Of a stretch of DNA of 64,000 nt, positions 63,781 to 64,000 are shown one piece after another (positions within the stretch are counted from its first letter, which is position 1; each line of letters starts with the position of its first letter). The stretch covers positions 39,494,001 to 39,558,000 of the forward strand of contig NC_087251.1 of the NCBI RefSeq assembly GCF_037042905.1, read 5' to 3'. The position numbers and the translations under genes are program-made. The stretch is from Lytechinus pictus (taxonomy: Eukaryota). The notes beneath the pieces were generated by a model. That model was not told the origin of the DNA. It saw nothing but the letters and a program-made list of their open reading frames with translations, and did not search any database.

Positions 63781-64000
63781 TTCTGATAACATTTGTTCAG
63801 ATGTAATTGATTGCCCCACTTGAGTGACTCCTGCATACTTAAAAATTTGACACAAGAAAAAAAATGTAAGAAAGAGTAATAACAGTTGAGTGCAATACTT
63901 TAAAACAAGGTAAAGTAATGTGATATTTGAAATCAGAATTTATTTTTAAAGGAGTTTCTTAATCCCTAAATACAAGTATCCAGATATGAAATAGTAATCT

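Noticed and set aside
7165-64000. Intronic conserved miRNAs and plus-strand recursive splice sites
   Set aside because: By-eye search found only partial seed matches (e.g. taaggcac) without the mature sequence or hairpin, and no strong polypyrimidine-AG|GT site. A computational scan is still warranted.

Overview
AT-rich animal genomic DNA with two assembly gaps (47938-48074, 48110-48341). The repeat families look like sea urchin/echinoderm (inference). (1) 59-2981 (+): the last four coding exons of a spliced gene whose phases join cleanly and whose protein ends in a long Gly/RGG low-complexity tail (NWNQGGG, GGY, RGG). It is probably a nucleic-acid-binding protein; I could not identify it. 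One exon has a degenerate upstream duplicate (788-859) that keeps its splice acceptor and stops in frame, so it could remove the whole Gly-rich tail or act as a poison exon. This is the most interesting observation. (2) About 6.9 kb to the end (+): most likely the 5' end of a very large gene, with a CpG-rich non-coding first exon (donor after 7164) and an exon starting MSRRAIEKRKKEENGIVN (10906-10960). More than 50 kb with no convincing coding exon follows, containing several candidate alternative first exons. That region is full of MITEs (many with CWG target duplications, some nested or abutting), tRNA-derived SINEs, LINE remnants, two Helentron/HINE-like elements carrying DR1 motifs, Crypton-like palindromic elements and local tandem repeats. 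I found no CRISPR array, rRNA, genuine tRNA or intact transposase. Nearly all ORFs in the supplied track are spurious.
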